34,850 nt of DNA from a bacterium (GTDB lineage Bacteria; Ratteibacteria; UBA8468; B48-G9; JAFGKM01), in assembly GCA_029548585.1 (NCBI GenBank), contig JAKPNC010000085.1, positions 1 through 34,850 on the forward strand, written 5' to 3'. Below are positions 8,000 to 17,679 of the stretch, piece by piece (position 1 is the first letter of the stretch; each line of letters opens with the position of its first letter). The position numbers and the translations under genes were made by a program. The notes beneath the pieces are model-generated. The model saw only the letters and a list, made by a program, of their open reading frames with translations, did no database searches and had not been told where the DNA came from.

Positions 8000-9526
8000 A
8001 TGAAATACGATATCAGGATAGTCAACGCTAACATCATTGACGGGACAGGGAAAAAAGCTTTCGCCGGAGAAGTGGGAATAAAAGACGGATTCATAAGAAA
8101 GGTTGACAGGACGGTTTCTGGAGAAGCTGCGGCCGAGATAGATGCGAAAGGAGATGCGCTCTCCCCGGGGTTCATAGACCTCCACACCCATTGCGCCCAG
8201 GACATTTCGATCAACTACCTGCAGCAGGGCGTCACGACGGTACTCAGCGGAAACTGCGGATTCGGATATGGAAGGATCTCAACCAGGATCACGGACATAA
8301 AGGGCGAGGCACAAGACGGTAAAATCCCTGTCATGGGGCCAAACTTCGCCCTGCTTGCCGGACACAACACGATAAGAATGATGGTTATGAACAGGGATAA
8401 CAGGGCGCCTACCCGGAGCGAAATGGAGAAGATGAAGAAAATTGTCAGGGAGCAGGTGAAAGAAGGCGCCTTTGGTTTTTCAACAGGGCTTTCATATGTT
8501 CCGGGTGCATACTCCAGGACGGAAGAGATTATCGAACTGACAAAAGAGCTAAGGGGTACGAAGGGGTTCTACTGCTCCCACATGCGCAACGAGGGCGCCG
8601 GAGTGGTGGAGTCTGTGGAAGAGATGCTTGAGATAGAAAAGGGAGCGCAGGCTCCCGTCCACATATCCCACCACAAGGTCTGCGGCATAAAGAACTGGGG
8701 AAAAAGCCGCAAAACCATATCATTGATAAAAAAGGCCCGCAAGGAAGGAATAGACATAACCCTCGACCAGTACCCTTACACGGCAAGTTGCGGCACAATA
8801 CAGCTCCTGATGCCTACGTATGCCGGCGAGGGCGGCCCGGAAGAAATCAGGGCCAGGCTCCGGGACAGGAGAAAGGAGATCCTTGAGGACGTCCTCGAAA
8901 AGCTGGACAATTATTACGGCAACGACCTTTCCAGGGTAGTTTTTGTGAACTGTCAGCCGCATCCATCCCTGTCCGGCAAGACCCTTGCCGATGCCGCAAA
9001 GCTTTACGGCAGGAAACCTGATGCCGTGGGAGGGGCGGAAACAGCCCTTGACATAATCCAGGCGAACCCGGTTCACGGCGCAACCATGATGGTCTCTCAC
9101 AGCATGTCGGAAGAAGAGGTAGAATATATATTGAAGTACCCCGAAACATGTGTTGCATCAGACGGTTGGACCGTTCCCCTGAATTCCGGACATCCGCACC
9201 CGAGACTTTACGGCACGTTCCCGAGGGTAATCAGTTTCTATTCGAGGGAAAAGGGGATACTGCGGATCGAAGACGCCGTCAAAAGGATGACTCAACTGCC
9301 CGCCCTCAGGATGGGACTCACCGACAGGGGGGTAATAAAGGAAGATGCCCGGGCAGACATAGCGATATGGAACCCTGAAAAGATAAAAGACAAGGCAACC
9401 TACAAGAAGCCGCACCAGTATCCGACAGGCATTGATTATGTCATAGTAAACGGGCAGTTGACCCTGAAGAAAGGCAAGGCCACGGGAAATTATGCCGGTA
9501 TGTTTCTTACCAGGAAGGACAGGTAA
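8000..9526 (+). CDS. N-acyl-D-amino-acid deacylase (D-aminoacylase) family amidohydrolase
   Basis: IIDGTG, SPGFIDLHTH, GNCG, GFSTGLSYVPG, HMRNEG, HISHHK, DQYPYTA, SDG, HPRLYGTFPR. Confidence 0.92.
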   Translation: MKYDIRIVNANIIDGTGKKAFAGEVGIKDGFIRKVDRTVSGEAAAEIDAKGDALSPGFIDLHTHCAQDISINYLQQGVTTVLSGNCGFGYGRISTRITDIKGEAQDGKIPVMGPNFALLAGHNTIRMMVMNRDNRAPTRSEMEKMKKIVREQVKEGAFGFSTGLSYVPGAYSRTEEIIELTKELRGTKGFYCSHMRNEGAGVVESVEEMLEIEKGAQAPVHISHHKVCGIKNWGKSRKTISLIKKARKEGIDITLDQYPYTASCGTIQLLMPTYAGEGGPEEIRARLRDRRKEILEDVLEKLDNYYGNDLSRVVFVNCQPHPSLSGKTLADAAKLYGRKPDAVGGAETALDIIQANPVHGATMMVSHSMSEEEVEYILKYPETCVASDGWTVPLNSGHPHPRLYGTFPRVISFYSREKGILRIEDAVKRMTQLPALRMGLTDRGVIKEDARADIAIWNPEKIKDKATYKKPHQYPTGIDYVIVNGQLTLKKGKATGNYAGMFLTRKDR

Positions 9527-9734
9527 GAAGATCCTCAACGGATACTGAATTGGTACGTGGATGTGGAATTAAAGAAAAAAACTTTTGAGGTTACCATCTT
9601 TTTTCTTTGTCCGTCCATATCCAGGCTTCTCATTCTGAAATTCCGACACAAGGAATTTAATGTTAAAATTGTTTATAAATAAAGGTGTAGCAAGCTATTC
9701 ATGACAAAATTATAAATTTGTATATTCTTTTTAG

Positions 9735-9823
9735 TCGAAGGTTCTATCCTTCGCGTAATGCAACGTCTCATTTTAGCGAACCTAAAGTACACCCTCTGAA
9801 GCTTCAGTGCAGGAGGGTTTGAC
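9735..9823 (-). mobile_element. Probable IS200/IS605-family terminal remnant (hairpin end, no transposase)
   Basis: Minus strand reads GTCAAACCCTCC...CTGAAG...GAGGGT (imperfect hairpin 9791-9818 next to GTCAA) followed by hairpin CGAAGG/CCTTCG (9736-9753). Resemblance to IS200/IS605 ends is from recall, not from a search. No HUH transposase ORF nearby. Confidence 0.4.
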
Positions 9824-9925
9824 CGCCGTAACCCTGGTAAAGAAGGGGGCGGTGGCTGCCGTTTTCAGATAAACAGGCATAATGCCTTTCTTATGTATGT
9901 TGAATTTCAGGCAAGGTTTGAAAAC

Positions 9926-9954
9926 TTGCTTTTTTTGCTTTATTATGGTAAATT
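9926..9954 (+). promoter_or_regulatory. Sigma70-type promoter for rplY-pth
   Basis: TTGCTT (9926-9931), 17 nt spacer, TG-n-TAAATT (9949-9954); RBS AGGAGGT upstream of ATG 10009. Confidence 0.6.
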
Positions 9955-10008
9955 TAATAATTGTTTTGCTCTTTTGGGAAGATTTAAAATTTCAGGAGGT
10001 GTTACTTT

Positions 10009-10722
10009 ATGGAAGAATTGCTTTTTTACGCGGAAACGAGAGAGGGAAAAGGCACAGGAGCCGCCAGGAAAACGAGGGCGGCAGGATTCATTCCGGGGAT
10101 TCTCTACGGCGTGGGACACGATTCCTGCCAGATCAGGCTTGAAAAGAAAAGCACGGAAAAGATCATCAGGAAGCTTGAGTCTCATAACGTCATAGCATCC
10201 CTTGTCCTGAAAAAGGACGGGAACGAAGAGAAGATAAGGACTCTTCTCAAGGACGTGCAGATCCAGCCGGTGAAGGGAGACGTGATACATCTTGATTTCT
10301 ACAGAATCAGGATGGACAAACCCATCAGGATGCAGGTTCCCATACACCTGGCAGGAACGGCTCCGGGCCTCGAGCAGGGCGGAATAATGGAGCATGATCT
10401 CAGGGAACTCGAGATCCAGGCACTGCCTGACAGGATGCCGGATAAAATCGAAATAGACGTATCCAACATGCAGATCGGGGATACCGTCCTGGTCAGGGAC
10501 ATAAGGATTGCCGAAGATGTGGAAATCATAGACGAGCCCGAAAAGACCATCATCTCCATGCTGGCTCCCAAGGTTGTGAAGGAAGAGGTTGAAGGAGAAG
10601 AAGCGACCGGAGAAGCTGAAACGGCGGTAAAAGAAGAAACGGCCGAACCGGAAGTAATCTCTCAGCAGAAAGCAGAGGAGAGACGCAAGGAGAAGGAGAA
10701 GGATAGCCAGAGCAAAAAATGA
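10009..10722 (+). CDS. rplY: 50S ribosomal protein L25 / general stress protein Ctc (long form)
   Basis: R..KGTGAARKTR..G.IPGILYG, HLDFY, VPIHL.G.APG..QGG, acidic C-terminal tail. Confidence 0.96.
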   Translation: MEELLFYAETREGKGTGAARKTRAAGFIPGILYGVGHDSCQIRLEKKSTEKIIRKLESHNVIASLVLKKDGNEEKIRTLLKDVQIQPVKGDVIHLDFYRIRMDKPIRMQVPIHLAGTAPGLEQGGIMEHDLRELEIQALPDRMPDKIEIDVSNMQIGDTVLVRDIRIAEDVEIIDEPEKTIISMLAPKVVKEEVEGEEATGEAETAVKEETAEPEVISQQKAEERRKEKEKDSQSKK

Positions 10723-11321
10723 AGATCTTCATCGGTCTTGGCAATCCGGGACCCGAATACGAAGATACCAGGCACAACGTCGGGTTCAGGGTGATAGATG
10801 AGCTCAGGAAGAGACACGAACCCTTCGACGGCGTAAAAACCGAGTATTGCAGGGGATGGATGTCCAGGATGGCAGGAAAGGAAGTTCTGCTGGTCAAACC
10901 CAAGACCTTCATAAACCAGAGCGGCATTGCAGTGAAAAAACTTTTTGACAGGTACGGCGGCGACCTGGAGGATTACGTGATTATCCATGACGACCTCGAC
11001 ATAGAGGTCGGAAGGATAAAGATCATAAGCAAGAAAGGGCCCGGAGGACACAACGGAATCATATCCATAGTCAGCATTCTCGACAGCAGGGATTTCGTCC
11101 GGGTCAGGATAGGGATTGGCCGGGAGAAGGCAGGCAATTCCTACGTTGATTACGTTCTGGCGCCCTTCACCACGGAAGAAGCCCCGTGCGTGGAAAAATC
11201 CGTACGGACGGCGGCAAGCGCCTGCGAAGAGATGGTGAGGAGCAGTACGGCAAAAGCCATGAGCCTTTACAACTCTGAAAAAAGCAAGCCGGGAGACAGG
11301 TCAGAACGGCCCGGAGATTGA
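10719..11321 (+). CDS. pth: Peptidyl-tRNA hydrolase
   Basis: GLGNPGPEY..TRHNVGF, KP.TFIN.SG, HDDLD, GGHNG, RVRIGIG, DYVL; ATGA overlap with rplY. Confidence 0.97.
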   Translation: MKIFIGLGNPGPEYEDTRHNVGFRVIDELRKRHEPFDGVKTEYCRGWMSRMAGKEVLLVKPKTFINQSGIAVKKLFDRYGGDLEDYVIIHDDLDIEVGRIKIISKKGPGGHNGIISIVSILDSRDFVRVRIGIGREKAGNSYVDYVLAPFTTEEAPCVEKSVRTAASACEEMVRSSTAKAMSLYNSEKSKPGDRSERPGD

Positions 11322-11414
11322 AGCAGTTTTTATGGAAAGAAAGCACGAAAAAGGTAAAAAGAACCCTCAGATAAGAGAAAACGGATCTCATCGCGGGGGT
11401 AAAGGAGAAAAAGA

Positions 11415-13502
11415 ATGGAAGGAATGGGGATTCAGGTTTTTACTATAGTTAGCGCGCTCTTTGCCATTGCTTTCACTATTATCCTCACCAAGAGCATCAT
11501 GAGGAAAAAGGAAGGCACACCCGAAATGGTGGAGATAGCCCAGGCGGTAAAGATCGGGGCAAAAGCCTACCTGGCAAGACAGTACAAAGGAGTCAGCATT
11601 TTCTTTGCCATCGTCTTTGTCCTGCTCCTGATCCTGGCAAAATTTAACTACATGAGCCTTTTTGTTCCCTTCGCTTTTATTTTCGGAGGTTTCTTTTCCG
11701 CGTTGAGCGGCTACATAGGCATGACAGTGGCAACAAACTCTTCTGCAAGAACCACTTCTGGGGCAAAGAATTCCCTGAACGAAGCCCTGAAGATAGCATT
11801 CTCGTCGGGCCTTGTAATGGGACTGACGGTCGTGGGACTCTCTCTCCTTTTCATCGGAGTGGGATATACGGCTGTCAGGTGGGTGGGAGCAATGAAGGGA
11901 TTTGACATCAATTACGTTGCGTCAACCCTTGTCTGTTTCGGAATGGGAGCCAGCGCCCAGGCTCTTTTTGCAAGGGTCGGCGGAGGTATATTCACCAAGG
12001 GAGCGGACGTGGGAGCAGACCTCGTGGGAAAGGTTGAGGCAGGCATCCCCGAAGATGACCCGCGCAATCCCGCCGTCATTGCGGACAACGTGGGAGACAA
12101 CGTTGGAGACATAGCGGGAATGGGAGCGGACCTTTACGAGTCTTACATAGGCTCGATCCTTGCCTCCATGGCACTCGCTGTAACCGCAGGGCTGGGATGG
12201 AAAGGCATCTCCCTTCCCCTGGCGATATCGGCCATAGGCATATTTGCCTCCATAATAGGTTCATTGCTTGTAAAGGTCAGGGATGACGCAACCCAGGCCA
12301 ACCTCCTGATGGCTCTCAGGAAAGGAATGTGGGGAGCGGCAATAATAGTGATAGTGGCTTCCTATTTCGCAATAACCACAATCCTCGGCCCGGGCTACTC
12401 GAGACTCTTCGGCTCGGTTATATCCGGGGTAGTGGCAGGTATCCTCATAGGCTTCTTCACCGAATTATACACATCGGACAATTATGCGCCCACGAAAAAC
12501 GTGGCAAAGTCAGCCCTGACAGGACATGCTACTGTCATTATAGAAGGACTTGCAACGGGCATGGCTTCCACAGCGATACCCGTGATGGTTATCGTGCTTG
12601 CATCCATAGCCGCATACTTCATCCCCGGCGGATCTTCCAATCCTTCGTTGGGTCTTTACGGGATTGGACTCGCCTCGGTGGGACTGCTAAGTACCCTGGG
12701 CATATCCCTGGCAACCGATTCCTACGGGCCGGTGGCGGACAACGCCGGAGGAAACGCCGAGATGACCCACCAGCCGCCGTTCGTAAGGCAGAGAACAGAT
12801 GCGCTTGACTCTCTCGGGAACACCACGGCTGCAACCGGCAAAGGTTTCGCCATAGGTTCGGCCGCTCTTACGACCCTTGCGCTTATTGCCGCCTTCAAGG
12901 AGCAGGTTCTCATGCTGGGAGGAACGCTCGACCTGTCCGTCATGAACGTCAGACTTCTTTGCGGCCTCTTCATAGGGGCAATGTACCCGATGTTCTTCTC
13001 CTCCATGGCGATGAGAGCCGTCGGAAGGACCGCCCAGTCCATCGTTGAAGAGGTAAGAAGGCAGTTCAGGGAGATAAAGGGAATCATGGAAGGAAAAGCA
13101 AAGCCGGATTATGCCAGGGCAGTTGACATATGCGCCAGGTCAGCCCAGCAGGAGATCCTTCTGCCTTCGGCAATAACGATTATTCTTCCAGTGGCAACAG
13201 GCCTTTTCCTTGGAGTGGAAGCCCTGCTCGGACTGCTTATCGGCGCGCTGACAAGCGGATTCGTTCTTGCCATCATGATGGCGAACGCAGGGGCGTCATG
13301 GGATAACGCCAAGAAGCATATTGAATCAGGCAACTTCGGCGGAAAGGGAACCGACGCGCACAAGGCCGCGGTTACCGGAGACACGGTGGGAGATCCTTTC
13401 AAGGATACGGCAGGACCTTCTCTCAACATACTGATAAAACTGATGTCAGTCGTTGCGATAGTCTTCGCATCGTTTATTGTAAAGAACGCTCTCTTCAGGT
13501 AA
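11415..13502 (+). CDS. hppA: Membrane-bound Na+/H+-translocating pyrophosphatase, K+-dependent type
   Basis: [62 protein letters not shown] (Ala = K+-dependent), [11 protein letters not shown]. Confidence 0.97.
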   Translation: MEGMGIQVFTIVSALFAIAFTIILTKSIMRKKEGTPEMVEIAQAVKIGAKAYLARQYKGVSIFFAIVFVLLLILAKFNYMSLFVPFAFIFGGFFSALSGYIGMTVATNSSARTTSGAKNSLNEALKIAFSSGLVMGLTVVGLSLLFIGVGYTAVRWVGAMKGFDINYVASTLVCFGMGASAQALFARVGGGIFTKGADVGADLVGKVEAGIPEDDPRNPAVIADNVGDNVGDIAGMGADLYESYIGSILASMALAVTAGLGWKGISLPLAISAIGIFASIIGSLLVKVRDDATQANLLMALRKGMWGAAIIVIVASYFAITTILGPGYSRLFGSVISGVVAGILIGFFTELYTSDNYAPTKNVAKSALTGHATVIIEGLATGMASTAIPVMVIVLASIAAYFIPGGSSNPSLGLYGIGLASVGLLSTLGISLATDSYGPVADNAGGNAEMTHQPPFVRQRTDALDSLGNTTAATGKGFAIGSAALTTLALIAAFKEQVLMLGGTLDLSVMNVRLLCGLFIGAMYPMFFSSMAMRAVGRTAQSIVEEVRRQFREIKGIMEGKAKPDYARAVDICARSAQQEILLPSAITIILPVATGLFLGVEALLGLLIGALTSGFVLAIMMANAGASWDNAKKHIESGNFGGKGTDAHKAAVTGDTVGDPFKDTAGPSLNILIKLMSVVAIVFASFIVKNALFR

Positions 13503-13562
13503 CAGGATATCCAATATCCAACAACTCTGTTACAGAAAGAAGAGGCTGCAGGAATAAAAGAA

Positions 13563-13605
13563 GGGCGGTTTGGCCTTAAAGGCAAACCGCCCGGTCTTCT
13601 TTCTC
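13563..13605 (+). terminator. GC-rich hairpin downstream of hppA, probable intrinsic terminator
   Basis: GGGCGGTTT-G-GCC ttaaa GGC-AAACCGCCC (13563-13592) followed by a pyrimidine-rich but imperfect U tract. Confidence 0.55.
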
Positions 13606-13648
13606 CTTCACAGGCCGGCAATCGGGACATGGCAAAGCGGGGTACGAT

Positions 13649-14815
13649 ATGAAACAGGACATATACGAACAATCCCTTGAACTTCACAGGAAATCGAGAG
13701 GCAAGCTCGAGATAAGATCGAAGGTGGCCCTTGCAGACAAGAACGACCTTTCTCTCGCGTACACCCCGGGAGTGGCCGAGCCTTGCAGGAAGATACAATC
13801 AGATAGAAAGCTGGTATACGAATACACGTCAAAAGGCAATACCGTGGCCGTGGTAACAGACGGCAGCGCTGTCCTGGGACTCGGAAACATAGGAGCAGAA
13901 GCGGCCATCCCCGTGATGGAGGGAAAATCCATATTGTTCAAGGAATTCGGCGGCGTCGACGCCTTTCCCATATGCATATCGAGCCAGGATACGGAAGATA
14001 TCGTCAGGACTGTTTCCCTGATCTCCCCGGGCTTTGGAGGCATAAACCTTGAAGATATTTCTGCGCCAAGGTGTTTTGAGATAGAAAGAAGGCTCGTGGA
14101 AACCCTGCCCATACCCGTTTTCCACGATGACCAGCACGGGACCGCAGTGGTTGTCCTTGCCGCCCTTTTAAATGGCCTGAAAGTCGTTGAAAAAAATATC
14201 TCCAATGTCAGGATAGTAATAAACGGGGCAGGCGCGGCAGGCATTGCCATAGCGAGATTCCTGCATAACGCTGGAGCGGGCAGCATAACTCTCTGCGACA
14301 CAAAAGGAATCATCTGCCGCGACAGAACGGAAAACATGAACTTTGCAAAGGAAGAGGTGATGAAATACCTCGCCCCTTCAAAAAGGGGATCCCTGTCGGA
14401 TGCCATGAAAAACGCCGACATCTTCATAGGGGTATCCGGTCCCGATACGGTAAAGGAAGAGATGGTCAGGGAGATGAACGCCGGATCAATAGTGCTTGCC
14501 ATGTCAAACCCCGTGCCCGAAATAATGCCGGAAAAGGCAAAAAAAGCGGGGGCGGCCGTTGTCGGCACAGGGAGAAGCGACATGCCTAACCAGATAAATA
14601 ACCTTCTTGCTTTTCCCGGCATATTCAGGGGGGCGCTTGATGCAAATGCGAGAAAAATCACCGAGAAGATGAAACTTGCCGCAAGCAGGGCGATTTCATC
14701 ACAGGTGCCGGAAAACAGGCTTAACAGCGACTTCATAATACCGTCGCCTCTCGACAGGGAAGTCGGAAGGGCCGTGGCAAGGGAAGTTGCCGCCGCCTGG
14801 CGGCAAGAAAATTGA
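13649..14815 (+). CDS. NAD(P)-dependent malic enzyme (short form, no PTA domain)
   Basis: [76 protein letters not shown]. Confidence 0.95.
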   Translation: MKQDIYEQSLELHRKSRGKLEIRSKVALADKNDLSLAYTPGVAEPCRKIQSDRKLVYEYTSKGNTVAVVTDGSAVLGLGNIGAEAAIPVMEGKSILFKEFGGVDAFPICISSQDTEDIVRTVSLISPGFGGINLEDISAPRCFEIERRLVETLPIPVFHDDQHGTAVVVLAALLNGLKVVEKNISNVRIVINGAGAAGIAIARFLHNAGAGSITLCDTKGIICRDRTENMNFAKEEVMKYLAPSKRGSLSDAMKNADIFIGVSGPDTVKEEMVREMNAGSIVLAMSNPVPEIMPEKAKKAGAAVVGTGRSDMPNQINNLLAFPGIFRGALDANARKITEKMKLAASRAISSQVPENRLNSDFIIPSPLDREVGRAVAREVAAAWRQEN

Positions 14816-14906
14816 GGGAGGGTTTCTTCTCACGTTATCCTCTCTTGTTATCCAGAATCCCGCCCCTCACTGGATCCTCCGCCTGAATGGAGATGGGAAA
14901 ACGTAT

Positions 14907-15335
14907 TCAATAATAGTCTTCTTCCCCATGTTCTCTGAGGGAATCGAGATAATTCTGCAGGATAATCTGGGCTGCAAGCCTGTCAATGACCTTCTTCCTC
15001 TTCTTCCTGCTCAGGTCGGCCTCTATTAGTATGGAATCGGCCTGCCTGGAGCTCAACCTTTCATCAAAAGGGATAAAGGGAAGGGAAATCGACTCTTTAA
15101 GCAGAGAGACGAAAGCCATCGACTTTTCAGTCTGGCCGCTCATGGATCCGTCCATCCTCAGGGGCAGGCCGTAAACGATACTCTCGACCCCGTATTTTTC
15201 AACGAGTCCGCGGATCTTGACGGCTTCGCTTCCATCCCTTTCGATATTGCCAATGCCCCTGGCAAAAGACTTGCCTTCATCGCTGACGGCAACCCCTATC
15301 CTCCGGTCTCCGATATCAAGGCAGAGTATCCTCAT
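14907..15335 (-). CDS. ruvX: Pre-16S rRNA nuclease YqgF / RuvX
   Basis: ILCLDIGDRRIGVAVSD, GLPLRMDG, DERLSS, D.LAAQIILQNYL. Confidence 0.95.
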   Translation of the reverse strand: MRILCLDIGDRRIGVAVSDEGKSFARGIGNIERDGSEAVKIRGLVEKYGVESIVYGLPLRMDGSMSGQTEKSMAFVSLLKESISLPFIPFDERLSSRQADSILIEADLSRKKRKKVIDRLAAQIILQNYLDSLREHGEEDYY

Positions 15336-15447
15336 TTTTTAACGTTAAAATGTTATTCAGCCGACAAAACCTCTTTTGCCGGAAGCGAAAGCGCAACTTT
15401 TATCGCCCCGGACCCGGGTAGCTCCGGAAAAGCAGGACGAACTCTTT

Positions 15448-16311
15448 TTACGGGGATAAATCCCCCGAAGCCGATTCTATTGCCCTGGCAACCCGCAGAA
15501 CCCTGGCTGTTTCTGCCACATCGTGCACCCTGAAGATGCATGCCCCGCGAAGATACGAAACAACCGCGCACGCAAGCGAAGCCCCGAGCCTCTGCTCAGC
15601 GGGCAGGCCGTCAAGAATCTTGCCTATGAATGATTTCCTCGAAGCCCCTACCATCACCGGCCTGCCGAACTTCCTGAAGGCTCCGATGCCGTTAAGTATC
15701 CGCAGGTTGTCTTCAAGCCGTTTGCCAAAACCAATGCCGGGGTCGATGGCAACCTTCCCGGGATCTATCCCGTTTTTTTCAAGGAATCCGAGAGATCTCT
15801 CGAAAAAGAGTGAGATCTCACTTTCCACATCCTCGTATGACGGGTCATCCTGCATGTCGGCCGGGGTGCCCTGCATATGCATTAACACATACCCGCAGCC
15901 CGAATCCCTGACTACTGAAAGAAGCCCTTTATCCATGGAAAAAGCCGAAATGTCGTTTATGATAGAGGCCCCCGCCTCCAGGGCTTTTTCTGCAACTGCC
16001 CCCTTGTAAGTGTCGCAGGAAAGAAGCGCCCCCGTTTTCCCGGCCAGGGCTTTTATAACGGGCGCCACCCTGCTTATCTCCTCGGCCGCCGATACACGCC
16101 GGCTTCCCGGCCTGGTAGACTCTCCTCCCACGTCTATGATGCCGGCGCCTTCATCGGCCATCCTGAGGCCCCTGTCAACCGCATCTTCGTAATCCAGGCT
16201 CTTCCTGCCGTCGTAGAAGGAGTCGGGGGTAACGTTGAGTATTCCTATTATGCAGAATGGAGATACGCCAAGATCTTTGCCGCCCTTGATCTTCCAGGAA
16301 TATTCGGACAT
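15448..16311 (-). CDS. folP: Dihydropteroate synthase
   Basis: GILNVTPDSFYDG, DVGGESTRPG, IINDIS, LMHMQG, DPGIGFGK, GASRK, RVHDV. Confidence 0.97.
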   Translation of the reverse strand: MSEYSWKIKGGKDLGVSPFCIIGILNVTPDSFYDGRKSLDYEDAVDRGLRMADEGAGIIDVGGESTRPGSRRVSAAEEISRVAPVIKALAGKTGALLSCDTYKGAVAEKALEAGASIINDISAFSMDKGLLSVVRDSGCGYVLMHMQGTPADMQDDPSYEDVESEISLFFERSLGFLEKNGIDPGKVAIDPGIGFGKRLEDNLRILNGIGAFRKFGRPVMVGASRKSFIGKILDGLPAEQRLGASLACAVVSYLRGACIFRVHDVAETARVLRVARAIESASGDLSP

Positions 16312-16320
16312 GTTATCTCT

Positions 16321-17601
16321 TCAGAGATCCCGTCCCGGAGGAACGTAATCGCTGCCCTCGAGGTTTGCCTTTGCCACGCGCAGGACATTGCCTCCTATGA
16401 TCTTTCTTATATCATCGTCGCTGTAACCCCTCTGGACAAGGCCCACGGTCACCAGGGGCCAGTTGGTCCACGAAAGGGTAAGCCATGAATCCTCGACCTT
16501 CTTTTTGTCCCCCTTTGAAACGGGTTCGGGCCATAAGCTCTGCCATCCTTTCCTGCCTCTCGGATAATTCGGAATTTCAGGAAGCTTGAAACCGGCCGAA
16601 GGAGACCTTTGGATAGTCGCCGTTCTATCGGAGCCCACGGCTACATGATCGGGGCCGAATTTCCTTGCGGCATAATCTATGTGGTCTATGACAGCCTTAA
16701 GGTTGCAGTCCCCGCCGAGAAACGAGCCCACCCAGCATACCCCGACGTATCCTCCGGTATCGGCTATTGCCTTTATAACCTCGTCAGGTTTCATCCTGTA
16801 ATGATTATTCAGGGCGGCGCATCCGGAATGGCTCGCAACCATGGGCTTTTCTGAAACCTTTGCGGCATCCAGACTTGTCTGCCATCCCGAGTGTGCGATA
16901 TCCACTATGACTCCCGACCTGTTCATCTCCTTTACGACGGCCCTTCCAAAATCGCTCAGACCAGTGTCGGACTGCTCGCCGCAACCCGAGCCTATCATGT
17001 TGCTCCTATTGTACGTCATGTGCATCATCCTTATCCCCATCTGGAAAAAAAGATGTATGAAATCGAGCTCGCTCTCGAGAGACTCCCATCTTAGCACCAG
17101 GGGCACAGCGTTGGCGGACAGGTAAAGGGCATGCTTATTCTCCTTTTTAGCCTTTAGAATGTCCGAGGGAGACACTGCCCTTACCACAAAATCCTTCCCG
17201 AAATCGGTAACGAGGGTATGCCTGGCAAGCCTTCTCAGGATCCTCATGGGCTTCTGGTTTTCTTCCCCGGCGTTCTGGAATATGCACGTTACCCCGGAGG
17301 AATCGAAGATCTTCATGTAATCTTCCCACGCCTGCCTGTCGACAACATTCTTCACCTGCCCCATCTCCTCCACCAGGTCGCCTATCTCCCTGGCAGAAGC
17401 GCCTTCCCCGACCTTCTTCTTAATTATTTCGGCATTTTTCAGCCTCCACGCCTCGGATCCCTGCGGATAGATTCCAAGGGCGTACGAATCAAAGACAAGG
17501 GACTCCGAGTGCAGGGCCAACCCGTGTTCAAGCTCCTTCCTGGAAGGCTTCAGGGCATCAAGGCCGGCATCCCATTCCACCTGGTTTATCCTTTCCTCCA
17601 T
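16321..17601 (-). CDS. Membrane dipeptidase (M19)-like amidohydrolase, atypical metal ligands
   Basis: GIRMMHMTYN..N..GSGC, GLSDFGR.VVKEMNR.GVIVDIAH, ASHS, AIADTGGYVG, DHIDY, GSD, KIIGGNVLRV. Start 17601 has a GGAGG RBS. Confidence 0.88.
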   Translation of the reverse strand: MEERINQVEWDAGLDALKPSRKELEHGLALHSESLVFDSYALGIYPQGSEAWRLKNAEIIKKKVGEGASAREIGDLVEEMGQVKNVVDRQAWEDYMKIFDSSGVTCIFQNAGEENQKPMRILRRLARHTLVTDFGKDFVVRAVSPSDILKAKKENKHALYLSANAVPLVLRWESLESELDFIHLFFQMGIRMMHMTYNRSNMIGSGCGEQSDTGLSDFGRAVVKEMNRSGVIVDIAHSGWQTSLDAAKVSEKPMVASHSGCAALNNHYRMKPDEVIKAIADTGGYVGVCWVGSFLGGDCNLKAVIDHIDYAARKFGPDHVAVGSDRTATIQRSPSAGFKLPEIPNYPRGRKGWQSLWPEPVSKGDKKKVEDSWLTLSWTNWPLVTVGLVQRGYSDDDIRKIIGGNVLRVAKANLEGSDYVPPGRDL

Positions 17602-17679
17602 CTTTTTATCCCTCCCCCTTTGTTGCTGCATTCAAGTTTTTACCCGAACATCTTTTCAGCCTGGCGATTGCCGCATATT

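Noticed and set aside
11322-11414. Possible Na+-responsive riboswitch upstream of hppA
   Set aside because: A-rich with no convincing stems or recognisable consensus; an Rfam scan would be needed to exclude it fully.
13581-13592. GGCAAACC resembling the c-di-GMP-I riboswitch
   Set aside because: Lacks the GNRA-capped stem and downstream GACGCAAA element; fully explained as the 3' arm of a terminator-like hairpin.
13684-14736. 350 aa minus-strand ORF
   Set aside because: Antisense mirror of the malic enzyme gene.
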